NCBI GenBank assembly: GCA_031285905.1
Contig: JAITVH010000122.1
Coordinates: 51,823-115,822 of the forward strand
Reading direction: 5' to 3'
Source: Prevotella sp.
GTDB taxonomy: Bacteria; Bacteroidota; Bacteroidia; Bacteroidales; Dysgonomonadaceae
Length of the DNA stretch: 64,000 nucleotides
The notes under the pieces were generated by a model. It did not search any database, was not told where the DNA came from, and saw nothing but the letters and a program-made list of their open reading frames with translations. Below are positions 10,725 to 19,422 of the stretch, piece by piece (the stretch's first letter is position 1; every line of letters begins with the position of its first letter). A program made the translations under genes and the position numbers.

Positions 10725-10946
10725 ATGAATAAATTTGTTTGTCTTATATTATTAACTATTTACTATTCGCATTCATTTGCTCAGATTGATGAAAATCAAA
10801 TGAAAAATGCATACAAGGAGATTTTTTTATTATATCCGGATTCGCTTACCAATCATTTTCCGAATCTTATAAATGAAAATATTGCCTATTTGGATATGGA
10901 ATATCCGGGAGCTACCAGGCTTAATCGTGTATATGCTATTTTTTAT
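10725..10946 (+). pseudogene. 5' part of a secreted hypothetical gene interrupted by the IS1595 element
   Basis: Signal peptide; the frame runs into the left TIR and joins in frame with 15383-15766 once the element and one TSD copy are removed. Confidence 0.85.
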
Positions 10947-10998
10947 GGTACTGATATATAACTTTACGGTAAGTTTTAGAAACTAAAGGGATATTTTA

Positions 10999-11919
10999 CT
11001 ATCCCTTTTTCTTTTTTGATTGTTTTAATAAGTCATCTAAGTTCTCCTTGAATTCTATTAAATCACTAGATTCATTAGGGTTCCTTTTCTTATTATATTC
11101 AATAAGTATATCTCTATTCTTAGCGTTTAATATATCTATTGGTTTTATCCCTTCTATAAGTTTAGGAAGATATTCTAATGCTTTTCTATCCCTACTTTTA
11201 AAATACTCGTGGGAGTGAAATGGAATCCATATATTATCTACATATTCAATAAAAATAGGCAATACTACATTTTCATATTGTCTACATCTCTTTATCATTC
11301 CATTGTGGAATTTATGTGAATACAGCTTGAATTTGTCTTTATACTCAGGATAGTATTTCTCTAAATACTTCGGGAATAGTTTTCCGACACTTGTGTCAGG
11401 TCTAATTTCTGTACCTTCTACAGATTTATCAGGAATATCATAATCAAGAACATGAAATTTACCGTATATTCTGATAAATAGTTCTCCAATAACAGAAAAA
11501 TAACCATTATCTATTCTGTCAAAATTTTCATTATATCGTATTACAAAGTTAGAAAGTTCTGCATTTCTTTTTATCGTATATGAACCTTTCTCTCGGATTG
11601 AGGGGAGGACTTCATTTGTAACCCACTTTCTGAATTTTTTAGCAAACGGTTTTTTACTTCTAAATATTAAAGCGCATAAACCACTCTCATTCACTAAGTT
11701 AACAGCCCTGTTTTGACCTGCCCTAAGTATTACTGAGGTCAGCTTTTCATCATCATCTAAGTTTTTAAGAGATTCTGTTACATTAGTTAAACCTAATATA
11801 TAGCAAATATCTGCTGCAATAAACCAAGGTCTATTTTCAATGGTTATTACTGTTAATTCCGAAAAAATGACTTCAGGATCATTGTCCATTTGGTCATACT
11901 TAAATACTGAAAGTTGCAT
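10999..11919 (-). CDS. BRO-N domain protein with BstA-like C-terminal domain
   Basis: PWFIAADICYILGL...VNESGLCALIFRSKKPFAKKFRKWVTNEVLPSIREKGSY is BRO-N. The C-terminal GYFSVIGE...RPDTSVG...YSH motifs recall the BstA family. Confidence 0.7.
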   Translation of the reverse strand: MQLSVFKYDQMDNDPEVIFSELTVITIENRPWFIAADICYILGLTNVTESLKNLDDDEKLTSVILRAGQNRAVNLVNESGLCALIFRSKKPFAKKFRKWVTNEVLPSIREKGSYTIKRNAELSNFVIRYNENFDRIDNGYFSVIGELFIRIYGKFHVLDYDIPDKSVEGTEIRPDTSVGKLFPKYLEKYYPEYKDKFKLYSHKFHNGMIKRCRQYENVVLPIFIEYVDNIWIPFHSHEYFKSRDRKALEYLPKLIEGIKPIDILNAKNRDILIEYNKKRNPNESSDLIEFKENLDDLLKQSKKKKG

Positions 11920-11935
11920 ATAATTTCAAGTTTAT

Positions 11936-12856
11936 TCAGGTTATCAAATCCTTATATTTCAACCTACGTTCTTGCGTGTTATACAAAAGTAAGTTAAATC
12001 TTTCAGATTGTGAATAATTTCTTGTGTTATATCTGAAACAGAATTCATCTACATATAGCTGTAAATGCTTTCGTGAAACATTATGATAGATTCCAATAAT
12101 ACCACGTTTTAAGTGACTCCAAAAGCCTTCTATTCCATTGGTATAAACATCACCTTTTGCGTATTGCTTCATATCGTGACGGATAAAATCATGGGTGTAA
12201 TTCTTGTTTAGATTACCATAATTCCATTCATCAGAATAAATTGTACTACCTTTTGCAACGTATTGATATATATGAGGTACTAATGTCTTAGTTTTTGTAT
12301 CACTTACAACTTTCGCTATTACTTTGCCATTACGTTGTAACATGCCAAATACCGGAGTTTTGTCTTTAAAACTACGTCCTTGCGAGTTCTTAACTTTTTT
12401 GTCCCAATGGCGATTCTTGTTTTTGCCTCCAACGAATGTTTCATCTATTTCAATGACTCCTTCTAGCTGTTTCTCTTTTTCAACCTTGGTCGCATAACAA
12501 CCTCTGATTCGTTGTAGCATAAACCATGCAGTTTTTTGAGTTACGCCAATATCTTTAGCTAATTGATGAGAAGCTATACCTTTCTTATGCGAAGTTTCGT
12601 AATAGAAAGCAATAAACCATTTGATTAATGGAATCTTCGTATTTTCAAATATAGTATTGGTTTTAACATTGAAATACTTTCGAGTACTACTACACCAATA
12701 ACGATTATTCTTACACTTATACACCTTTGAATTTTTATCAAATGGACTCACAATATTACCTTTCCATATTGTTTCCTCTAAATGTTCCACACAGGCTTGT
12801 TCTGTAGGGAATAAAGTGATAATTTCGATAAGGGTGTTGAATGTTTTACCAAGCAT
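11936..12856 (-). CDS. IS1595-family (ISXO2-like) DDE transposase
   Basis: LAKDIGVTQKTAW HTH; IEIDETFVGG, IYSDEW, TNGIEGFWSHLKRGIIGIYH and YVDEFCFRYN motifs. ATG at 12856 preferred over GTG at 12907. Confidence 0.95.
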   Translation of the reverse strand: MLGKTFNTLIEIITLFPTEQACVEHLEETIWKGNIVSPFDKNSKVYKCKNNRYWCSSTRKYFNVKTNTIFENTKIPLIKWFIAFYYETSHKKGIASHQLAKDIGVTQKTAWFMLQRIRGCYATKVEKEKQLEGVIEIDETFVGGKNKNRHWDKKVKNSQGRSFKDKTPVFGMLQRNGKVIAKVVSDTKTKTLVPHIYQYVAKGSTIYSDEWNYGNLNKNYTHDFIRHDMKQYAKGDVYTNGIEGFWSHLKRGIIGIYHNVSRKHLQLYVDEFCFRYNTRNYSQSERFNLLLYNTQERRLKYKDLIT

Positions 12857-12910
12857 AAAAGTGTGTATTTCAGATAAATAAAGATAAGAAAAAATATCCT
12901 TATACACAAA

Positions 12911-12933
12911 TTAACAAAAGATTTTTTGTTAAC
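12911..12933. promoter_or_regulatory. Palindromic operator upstream of transposase
   Basis: TTAACAAAA-gatt-TTTTGTTAA perfect 9-bp arms; second copy at 14195-14217. Confidence 0.55.
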
Positions 12934-13027
12934 AAAATTGGAGGAAAATAACAATATATTTCTTAATATATAATGTTATAGGCAAATATAATAGATTACT
13001 TATATATAAGAAAGAATAAACAAGTTT

Positions 13028-13273
13028 TCAAGCCTTAATTCTAGTTATAATATTATTGGAAATTGAAATATTATCTTTTTCTTTATGTTGTTGATAATAT
13101 CGGCTTCCTATTGTATCTATTGGAGGTAAAGTATAAACAGGAGGTGAAATTAATCCTTGATTCTTCAAGGACATAAAACATTCTTTCAGATCTTGATATT
13201 TTTCATCTTCTGAAAAATCCTTTTCTTTTTCAAAAAGTACTTGTTCTAAAATATCTATCACATTTTCTTCCAT
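13028..13273 (-). CDS. Small hypothetical protein, apparent partner of the SDH protease
   Basis: 81 aa, acidic N-terminus, starts 12 nt after the protease stop. Confidence 0.7.
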   Translation of the reverse strand: MEENVIDILEQVLFEKEKDFSEDEKYQDLKECFMSLKNQGLISPPVYTLPPIDTIGSRYYQQHKEKDNISISNNIITRIKA

Positions 13274-13285
13274 AATACAAATATA

Positions 13286-14149
13286 CTAAAAATATTTTCT
13301 GTTATGTAAAAAGACCTTATATCCATTACGAACAATAAATTCCGAAAGTAAATCATTATAATTTCTTATCATCAGTCTAAAATCCTTATCATTGGAATAA
13401 TCTTCTATCTCTAATCTTAGAACATTCTTCAATGTAAATATGTTTATCATTCGTCCATGAGAATGCCATATCTTATTATCTCCTAACTTATCTGCGATAT
13501 CTTGCGCTCTAGCCTCTTTTTCTTCTGGTGTTACATCTGTTCCTGGTTTTGTTGTCTTATGCTTATTCCAATTCTTAAATTTATAGTTAACTAACCATTT
13601 TTTTAAAAGAGATATTGTGAGATCTCTTGCTTGCTCATAGCTTCTAAGCATTGCCAAATCTTGATTCTGTAAAATCAAAAATTCTGCATGAGTTATAGTA
13701 TTATTTCTTGCTTTTTCTAATAGTTCATTCACTTTATCTAGATAGCCTAATGCAGGTACATACATAGTTCCATTAAATACTTGAGGATCAATCGGGCCTA
13801 ATGATGATGAATAATCCATAAATATTTTATCACCTGACATACAAAAAATAGTGCCTGCAGACATTGCATAATCAGGTACAACAAAATAGACCTCTTGATA
13901 GTGATGTCTTATTATAGCAACCATTTTCTCAACAGTTTCAGCACTACCACCCGAAGTATTAAGGATAATGGTCAATCTATCTTTTTTGGGCTCATCTTCT
14001 TTAAGTAACTCTATAAAATCCCTAAATCCTTTTTCATATGATGGATGAATTTCTCCATAGTAAAAAATAACATCTGAATCAAAATGTTCCTCAATAGCAG
14101 CTAACAAATTATTGAGAATTTCTTTTATAGTTCTGTCAAAAACCTGCAT
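13286..14149 (-). CDS. SDH_sah / ClpP-class serine protease
   Basis: LNTSGGS, AMSAGT (nucleophile), LGPIDPQ and WHSHGR motifs; no signal peptide. Confidence 0.85.
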   Translation of the reverse strand: MQVFDRTIKEILNNLLAAIEEHFDSDVIFYYGEIHPSYEKGFRDFIELLKEDEPKKDRLTIILNTSGGSAETVEKMVAIIRHHYQEVYFVVPDYAMSAGTIFCMSGDKIFMDYSSSLGPIDPQVFNGTMYVPALGYLDKVNELLEKARNNTITHAEFLILQNQDLAMLRSYEQARDLTISLLKKWLVNYKFKNWNKHKTTKPGTDVTPEEKEARAQDIADKLGDNKIWHSHGRMINIFTLKNVLRLEIEDYSNDKDFRLMIRNYNDLLSEFIVRNGYKVFLHNRKYF

Positions 14150-14194
14150 AAGTAAGTTGTTTAGTTATAAAGTAAAGATAAATACGTTTGCAAT

Positions 14195-14217
14195 TTAACA
14201 AAAGATTTTCAGTTAAC
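14195..14217. promoter_or_regulatory. Second copy of the transposon operator, between divergent cargo promoters
   Basis: TTAACAAAAGATTTTCAGTTAAC, 21/23 identical to 12911-12933. Confidence 0.55.
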
Positions 14218-14265
14218 CAATCATAACCAATCTAAATATTTCACTATCTTTACCCTTACATATTA

Positions 14266-14441
14266 AAAAGAAAGCGTTAGCTTTTATTCTTGTGTCTGAA
14301 ACTTAGGAAATTTCGAGATACAACAAGAGTAAGTTGCCTAATGCTCACGCTATATTTATATTGGCGTGGGCTGACTTATTTGTTGTATCGGTATCCTAAG
14401 ACCTCAGACGCGAATATAGTTAAGTCCCACGCTTTTCTTTT
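14266..14441 (+). ncRNA. Putative long rod-like structured RNA
   Basis: Nested stems: AAGAAAGCGT/ACGCTTTTCTT, TGTGTCTGA/TCAGACGCG, CTTAGGA/TCCTAAG, GATACAACAA/TTGTTGTATC, GCTCACGC/GCGTGGGC. Mismatches are G-U compatible on the + strand. Confidence 0.6.
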
Positions 14442-14488
14442 GCATTAACATCTACTTTGGGACTGAGTAGAACCAAAATGCAAGAATT

Positions 14489-15268
14489 ATGAAACGGATT
14501 TTATTTGTTGTAATCCTACTTATTTCTATCAGTGGATTGCAAGCACAAACCACAACTGAAAAATGGAACTCAATTTATCAACGTTGGGAATATTATGATT
14601 CTCAACATAACCTTATAGGATATAAGAAAAAGAATCTATATGGACAATGGGAATATACTGACGTTCAAAAGCAAAAACAAGAACAACAAAGAAGAAACGA
14701 ACCACTTCAACCTTATCACAATTATGGATTAATAGAAAGAGCATTAAGTCAAAAACAACAATTATATGATAAAAGACATGCTGATATTGTTGAAATTGTA
14801 AGTAGAATAAATAGTTATATAGGAGATGTCCTTGATGCAAAAAAAATATTCAAGTATGATAAGAATAAAGATTTAGAAAATTATGAAGATGCTCTTACAA
14901 AAATAGGAAATTTAGATTTAACAATAAATCAAAATTATAGTTATTCTATGAATTGGCTTTTAAATTTTGAAAAGGACATATATAAATGGGAACTTGTCGA
15001 TATTTATGAACTACAAGCACAAACTAACATATCTAAACCACAACAAAGCCATTCCAAAGGGAACGAATATAAAAGATACAGTCCGGGTGTTTATAATGTT
15101 TATGAACATTCTCCTATTATGGATGGAATTCATGTAACTCATTCAAAAGAAATTGCAAAATCAGGGAAAACCATAGAAGTATTAGAGAAAGTAACAGACA
15201 GATATTATAAAGTTAAAACGCATGATGGAATAATAGGGTATTTTGATCTAATTCTATGGGTAAAATGA
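14489..15268 (+). CDS. Secreted hypothetical cargo protein with possible C-terminal SH3-like domain
   Basis: Signal peptide MKRILFVVILLISISGLQA; WEY motif twice; C-terminal IEVLEKVTDRYYKVKTHDGIIGYF. Confidence 0.7.
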   Translation: MKRILFVVILLISISGLQAQTTTEKWNSIYQRWEYYDSQHNLIGYKKKNLYGQWEYTDVQKQKQEQQRRNEPLQPYHNYGLIERALSQKQQLYDKRHADIVEIVSRINSYIGDVLDAKKIFKYDKNKDLENYEDALTKIGNLDLTINQNYSYSMNWLLNFEKDIYKWELVDIYELQAQTNISKPQQSHSKGNEYKRYSPGVYNVYEHSPIMDGIHVTHSKEIAKSGKTIEVLEKVTDRYYKVKTHDGIIGYFDLILWVK

Positions 15269-15309
15269 AAAGTATATCACTCACAAAACTAACAAAGTTT
15301 TTAAAAGCA

Positions 15310-15342
15310 AAAGCCTCTACTAAAAATAGAGGCTAACTTTTT
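15310..15342 (+). terminator. Terminator just inside the right TIR
   Basis: AGCCTCTA-ctaaaaa-TAGAGGCT followed by a T tract. Confidence 0.55.
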
Positions 15343-15382
15343 ATATCTTTACCGTAAACTAATATATCAGTACCTTTTTTAT

Positions 15383-15766
15383 TATGAAAATAAACAAGTA
15401 GAGAATATAAAAGAGAGGACAAAGTGCGAGGCTCTGGCTGATTACAATTTTATTGATTCCTGCTTAATGATGACTAATTGCAATACATCGTGGTATACTC
15501 CTGCATTCGAAGGAATTATTCAGTGTGAAAACAGTGAGGGGCTTTATCCTATTCCCAATTTTAGCTTTCTTAAAGAATTAAACCCGACATCTGATTTTTT
15601 CAAGAAAGCAAAAATCTACATTTTAAAAGCAGAAAAAGGTAAGTTTTTAGATAATAAACTATTATGGAATAAGGGAGTGGGGTTATCAGAAGATTGGCAA
15701 AATGGATATACTAAAGGAATAATGATAAGTGAGAATATTGTTATTTATTGGCTTGAAGTCTGGTAA
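15383..15766 (+). pseudogene. 3' part of the interrupted secreted protein gene
   Basis: Open frame YENKQVENIKERTKCEALADYNFIDSCL precedes ORF 15467-15766 and begins exactly after the right TSD. Confidence 0.85.
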
Positions 15767-15792
15767 ATTTAATAGAAATTTTTAATGATATA

Positions 15793-16116
15793 ATGGAAAC
15801 CCCTAATTTAGATAATTACATTTTCCAATCTTTTGATAAAATTAAAGATTTAAATATTAAATCAATCAATTTTATTTTAGAGTCTCAGGAAAAACTGGAT
15901 TTAGGCTTTCTAAAATATTTATTTGAAGATTTAAAATATGAATTAGAAGAAAAAATTATCAAACAATTCTTATTTAAGAGTAAATATGAATATTCTTTTC
16001 AAATAAAACTTAACTCACCAATAGATAGACAAGAATATATTCTTTTTATAGGCAAGATATTTACCTTATGTGGAAAATTGTATGCGGAGATTAAAACTTT
16101 TGGAATAAATGCATAA
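15793..16116 (+). CDS. Hypothetical protein
   Basis: 107-aa ORF, very AT-rich, followed by a terminator. Confidence 0.6.
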   Translation: METPNLDNYIFQSFDKIKDLNIKSINFILESQEKLDLGFLKYLFEDLKYELEEKIIKQFLFKSKYEYSFQIKLNSPIDRQEYILFIGKIFTLCGKLYAEIKTFGINA

Positions 16117-16166
16117 TAATCAGATTATATTTATAAAATTGTAAATAATAAACATCTGATATAAAA

Positions 16167-16193
16167 AGAAAGCCCCTTGCTCAGGGGCTTTCT
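16167..16193. terminator. Terminator hairpin between convergent genes
   Basis: AGAAAGCCCCT-tgctc-AGGGGCTTTCT. Confidence 0.7.
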
Positions 16194-16316
16194 CCATTTT
16201 GGTATTCTAAAAAATACCACTCATTCAAGTTAACAGGCGTTTATTACTCCATCGTATTTAAAAAGGCTTTACACAAGTCCCCGGTTAAGCCAATGATTAC
16301 ACCTCGCCGGAATTCT

Positions 16317-16556
16317 TCACTTGAATAATTTCGTCACAATTCTTTTAAACACATTATCTTTCTTCCCCTGCCCGGTAATGAATTGGCGATAATGCAGGTG
16401 ATAATGTGTATAAAGAATCAGCACATCTCTCTTAACAGGCTCGTTTATTGTTTCATCTTCCAGAATCAGGTCTTTCATCTTCTTTACATAAGTGTTTGAA
16501 GAATGTAAATGGTCTAGTTTCGTAAAGTCTAAATTTTCTGTATAGTTTGTCTCCAT
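16317..16556 (-). CDS. Small hypothetical protein
   Basis: 79-aa ATG ORF converging on the terminator. Confidence 0.5.
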   Translation of the reverse strand: METNYTENLDFTKLDHLHSSNTYVKKMKDLILEDETINEPVKRDVLILYTHYHLHYRQFITGQGKKDNVFKRIVTKLFK

Positions 16557-16718
16557 GCCTCAAAAATATAGAGGGATTATATTTTATACAATAGCTATAA
16601 TTTTTTTTAGAGGAATTTTTAATCTATTGTGTTAAAGCTATTTACATTTATGTTTAATTACGATATAAGATGTTATCAATCATAAAACCGACTTTCCCCA
16701 AATATTCTCAATAAATAA

Positions 16719-16768
16719 AAATGTGATATATTTGTATCTTTTTCGAAGAAATGTGATATATTTGTATC
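16719..16768 (+). promoter_or_regulatory. Tandem operator sites overlapping promoter
   Basis: AAATGTGATATATTTGTATC repeated exactly at 16719 and 16749. Core TGATA-N6-TATCA contains the TATATTTG -7 element. Confidence 0.7.
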
Positions 16769-16794
16769 ATTAATCACATAAAACACCTTTTATT

Positions 16795-17178
16795 ATGAAT
16801 GCAAAAATGATCAGGCAATATAAGTACTTATCCTTTATCGGGTTTATCGGATTGTGCGGATTTACTTATTTTATCAGTAAAGATACCAAAACATTATTCT
16901 ATTTTGCTTACCTGGCGTTTTTTGGTTTCTTCTTTATTTACAAACATTTGCAAAACGGTATAGACGAGAGGACTATGGATAATATGTCTAAGGCTAGTCG
17001 GACTGCTACGACTGTTGCACTCACTTTCCTGTTTCTGTTAGGCGCTGTTCCTGCCCTTATATTAAGTCCTTGGGAAATAGAATGTAATGTTACGTTCTTT
17101 ATATTGGGTTCTGCAATAGGAACTTTCTGCACAATCGCTATACAAATAGCATCATTTTTCTACTTCGAAAAAAGATAG
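16795..17178 (+). CDS. Membrane protein, DUF3796/DUF2178-like
   Basis: Four hydrophobic segments; LSFIGFIG and DERT..N..KA motifs; coupled to an XRE HTH gene. Confidence 0.65.
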   Translation: MNAKMIRQYKYLSFIGFIGLCGFTYFISKDTKTLFYFAYLAFFGFFFIYKHLQNGIDERTMDNMSKASRTATTVALTFLFLLGAVPALILSPWEIECNVTFFILGSAIGTFCTIAIQIASFFYFEKR

Positions 17179-17182
17179 CATA

Positions 17183-17383
17183 ATGGCAGAATTCACATCC
17201 CATCTAAAAGAATACAGGATCAAGGCAGGGCTTACACAGGAAGAGTTGGCGGAGAAAGTAAATGTCAGAAGGGAAACCATTATTCGTCTCGAGGCCGGAA
17301 AATACAATCCTTCATTAAAATTAGCGATTGATATTTCCCGTATCCTGAAAACAGCCATCGAGGATATATTTATTTTCGATTGA
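17183..17383 (+). CDS. XRE/Cro-CI family HTH transcriptional regulator
   Basis: [38 protein letters not shown]. Confidence 0.92.
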   Translation: MAEFTSHLKEYRIKAGLTQEELAEKVNVRRETIIRLEAGKYNPSLKLAIDISRILKTAIEDIFIFD

Positions 17384-17547
17384 TCTAAGCTAAGATTATA
17401 TTGAAAAAAATCGTAATTTTGTAATTATGATGCGAAGTGTCGCATTTAAATTGTTATAAACACGTTGTAGTCATATTCGGCAATTGAAGGTAGAACTAGG
17501 AACTTTATCAAACCAATTACGATGTGAGTACTGCGCCATTATAAGGC

Positions 17548-17814
17548 GTGGGCTTGCATGTATTGGTTTGGGGTCTCCTAGTACCTACCTTCAGTATGTG
17601 TATTGTCCCACGTTCTTTTTTTATACTTATGAGAGAAAAAAAATCTTTACAAGCCAAAATCGGGATCGCAGCATCCATCACATTTATTGCATTGTTAGGG
17701 GTCATCCTTTATAGTATCCTAATAGACATTTTTGCTATCCCTATGTATGTATCTTGTATATTGATTGTATTATCTGCTTTGTTGTCTGCTATCTATATCA
17801 AACTTGAGGAATAG
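17548..17814 (+). CDS. Small membrane protein (start uncertain, possibly a remnant)
   Basis: Three hydrophobic segments; GTG start. Confidence 0.35.
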   Translation: MGLHVLVWGLLVPTFSMCIVPRSFFILMREKKSLQAKIGIAASITFIALLGVILYSILIDIFAIPMYVSCILIVLSALLSAIYIKLEE

Positions 17815-17833
17815 TTTGCAAAAGACATAATAC

Positions 17834-18129
17834 TTTTATTTCCGATTTATCTATAGTATATATCAATGGTACAATTTGCTAATATGCCGATGTGCCAATG
17901 AAATAAAAATAAAAAAGGTCTTTGAAAAAATGAGGAAAAAGTGTAACCTTTGTTACCTTTTAGTTAAAATACTTAGTCTTGTCATGCTGAGGGACGAAGC
18001 ATCTGATTTGAGAGCAGGAGATCCTTCCTAACGTCAGGATAACAATAGAGAGAAAATCAAAAGGCTAAGAGCTAACGGCTATCAGCTAATAGCCAAAAGT
18101 GTTACCTTTGTCACCTTTTAGTTAAAATA
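17834..18129 (+). repeat. Composite intergenic scaffold repeat, copy A
   Basis: Block 1 17834-17857, block 2 17919-17933, block 3 17941-17971, block 4 18099-18129. Inserts: TGTCATGCTGAG.../...TCAGGATAACA pair and a heptamer array. Confidence 0.85.
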
Positions 18130-18162
18130 TAACTCAAAACACCTAAAATAAAGCAACCGGAT

Positions 18163-19422
18163 ATGGAATTAGTTTTTGTGGGAATAATACTTGTTGCGGC
18201 AATTATAGCTATCTTTTTCATACAGAAAAATAGCAAACAGGCTGAACAAAGCCTGAAAAATGATATTTACCGCCTACAGGAAGAAAAAGAATCTCTCCAA
18301 AAGGAAAATATAGAGAATATCAGAGAACTGGCTGAAACAAAAGCCTCGCTGAAATCGAAAGAGGAGCTGCTGCGCATTCAGCAGGAAGAACTTCTGAATA
18401 CACGCACTCAACTGAACAAAGACTTTCAATTGCTGGCTAACCAGATACTGGAAGAAAAGACACATCGCTTCACAGATATGAATAAGGCAAATATGGAAGC
18501 CATATTGAAGCCATTAAATGAGCGATTGGTCGAGTTTAAGTCGAAAGTGGAAGAGACATACGATAAGGAATCGAAACAACGCTTTTCGCTCGAAGAACGT
18601 ATCAAAGACCTTGTCGCCCTGAATAACCAAATCAGTGAAGATGCCAACAACCTGACTAAGGCTCTGAAAGGCAGTAATAAAATACAAGGTAATTGGGGAG
18701 AGATGATACTCGAATCCATCCTTGAAAAATCAGGATTGAAAAAAGGAGAGGAATACTATTCTCAGGAATTTATTACAGACGAAAACGGAAAACGGATTCA
18801 AAACGAACAATCGAAATTTATGCAACCCGATATTACGGTGGTGTATCCGGGTGGACGCAAGATAATAATCGACTCCAAAGTTTCGCTGAGTGCATATGTC
18901 AGATATGTAGAGGCTGAAACGGAAGAGGTAAAAACAATTGCTGAAAAAGAACATATTGTATCGATTAAACAGCATATCGATCAATTGAGCCAAAAATGCT
19001 ATCAGGATTATGTTGAATCACTTGATTTTGTAATGATGTTTATACCCAACGAGCCTGCTTACATACTAGCCATGCAACTCGATTCCGGGTTGTGGGATTT
19101 TGCTTACCGCAAACGTATCCTGCTTATCAGTCCTACAAACCTGATAGCATCGCTGAAGGTTGTTGCCGACTTGTGGAAACGGGAATACCAAAGCCGCAAC
19201 GCTATCGAAATAGCCAAACGGGGAGCCGCCCTTTACGATAAATTTGCCGGTTTTGTAGATACTCTACAGGATATAGGCAAGAATATAGAACGCTCACAAA
19301 AAGCATATGACAAAGCCTTCTCTCAATTGAAAGACGGTAATGGAAACCTGATCCGTCAGGCTGAGATGCTTAAAGAACTGGGAATAAAGGCTCAAAAGGA
19401 ATTACCTGATAGCGATAAATAA
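18163..19422 (+). CDS. rmuC: DNA recombination protein RmuC
   Basis: N-terminal TM and coiled coil; QGNWGEMILE, QPDITV, IIDSKVSL and FVMMFIPNE motifs. Confidence 0.93.
   Translation: MELVFVGIILVAAIIAIFFIQKNSKQAEQSLKNDIYRLQEEKESLQKENIENIRELAETKASLKSKEELLRIQQEELLNTRTQLNKDFQLLANQILEEKTHRFTDMNKANMEAILKPLNERLVEFKSKVEETYDKESKQRFSLEERIKDLVALNNQISEDANNLTKALKGSNKIQGNWGEMILESILEKSGLKKGEEYYSQEFITDENGKRIQNEQSKFMQPDITVVYPGGRKIIIDSKVSLSAYVRYVEAETEEVKTIAEKEHIVSIKQHIDQLSQKCYQDYVESLDFVMMFIPNEPAYILAMQLDSGLWDFAYRKRILLISPTNLIASLKVVADLWKREYQSRNAIEIAKRGAALYDKFAGFVDTLQDIGKNIERSQKAYDKAFSQLKDGNGNLIRQAEMLKELGIKAQKELPDSDK

Larger units (their letters stand above)
10947..15374 (-). mobile_element. IS1595-family transposon carrying passenger genes (4,428 bp)
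   Basis: Left TIR GGTACTGATATATAACTTTACGGTAA (10947-10972) versus reverse complement of right TIR GGTACTGATATATTAGTTTACGGTAA (15349-15374), 24/26 match. Flanked by 8-bp TTTTTTAT at 10939-10946 and 15375-15382. Internal DDE transposase. Confidence 0.95.

Noticed and set aside
10999-11919. Prophage, suggested by the BRO-N antirepressor-like gene
   Set aside because: The gene lies inside IS1595 TIRs and no phage structural or replication genes are present
8833-17800. tRNA-Arg as attachment site of a genomic island
   Set aside because: No duplicated tRNA 3' end or adjacent integrase was found by eye, although the downstream region is variable
17941-18129. 30-bp direct repeats as a CRISPR mini-array
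   Set aside because: Only two repeats per locus, intervening DNA of ~87-127 bp is palindromic, and no cas genes are in the window
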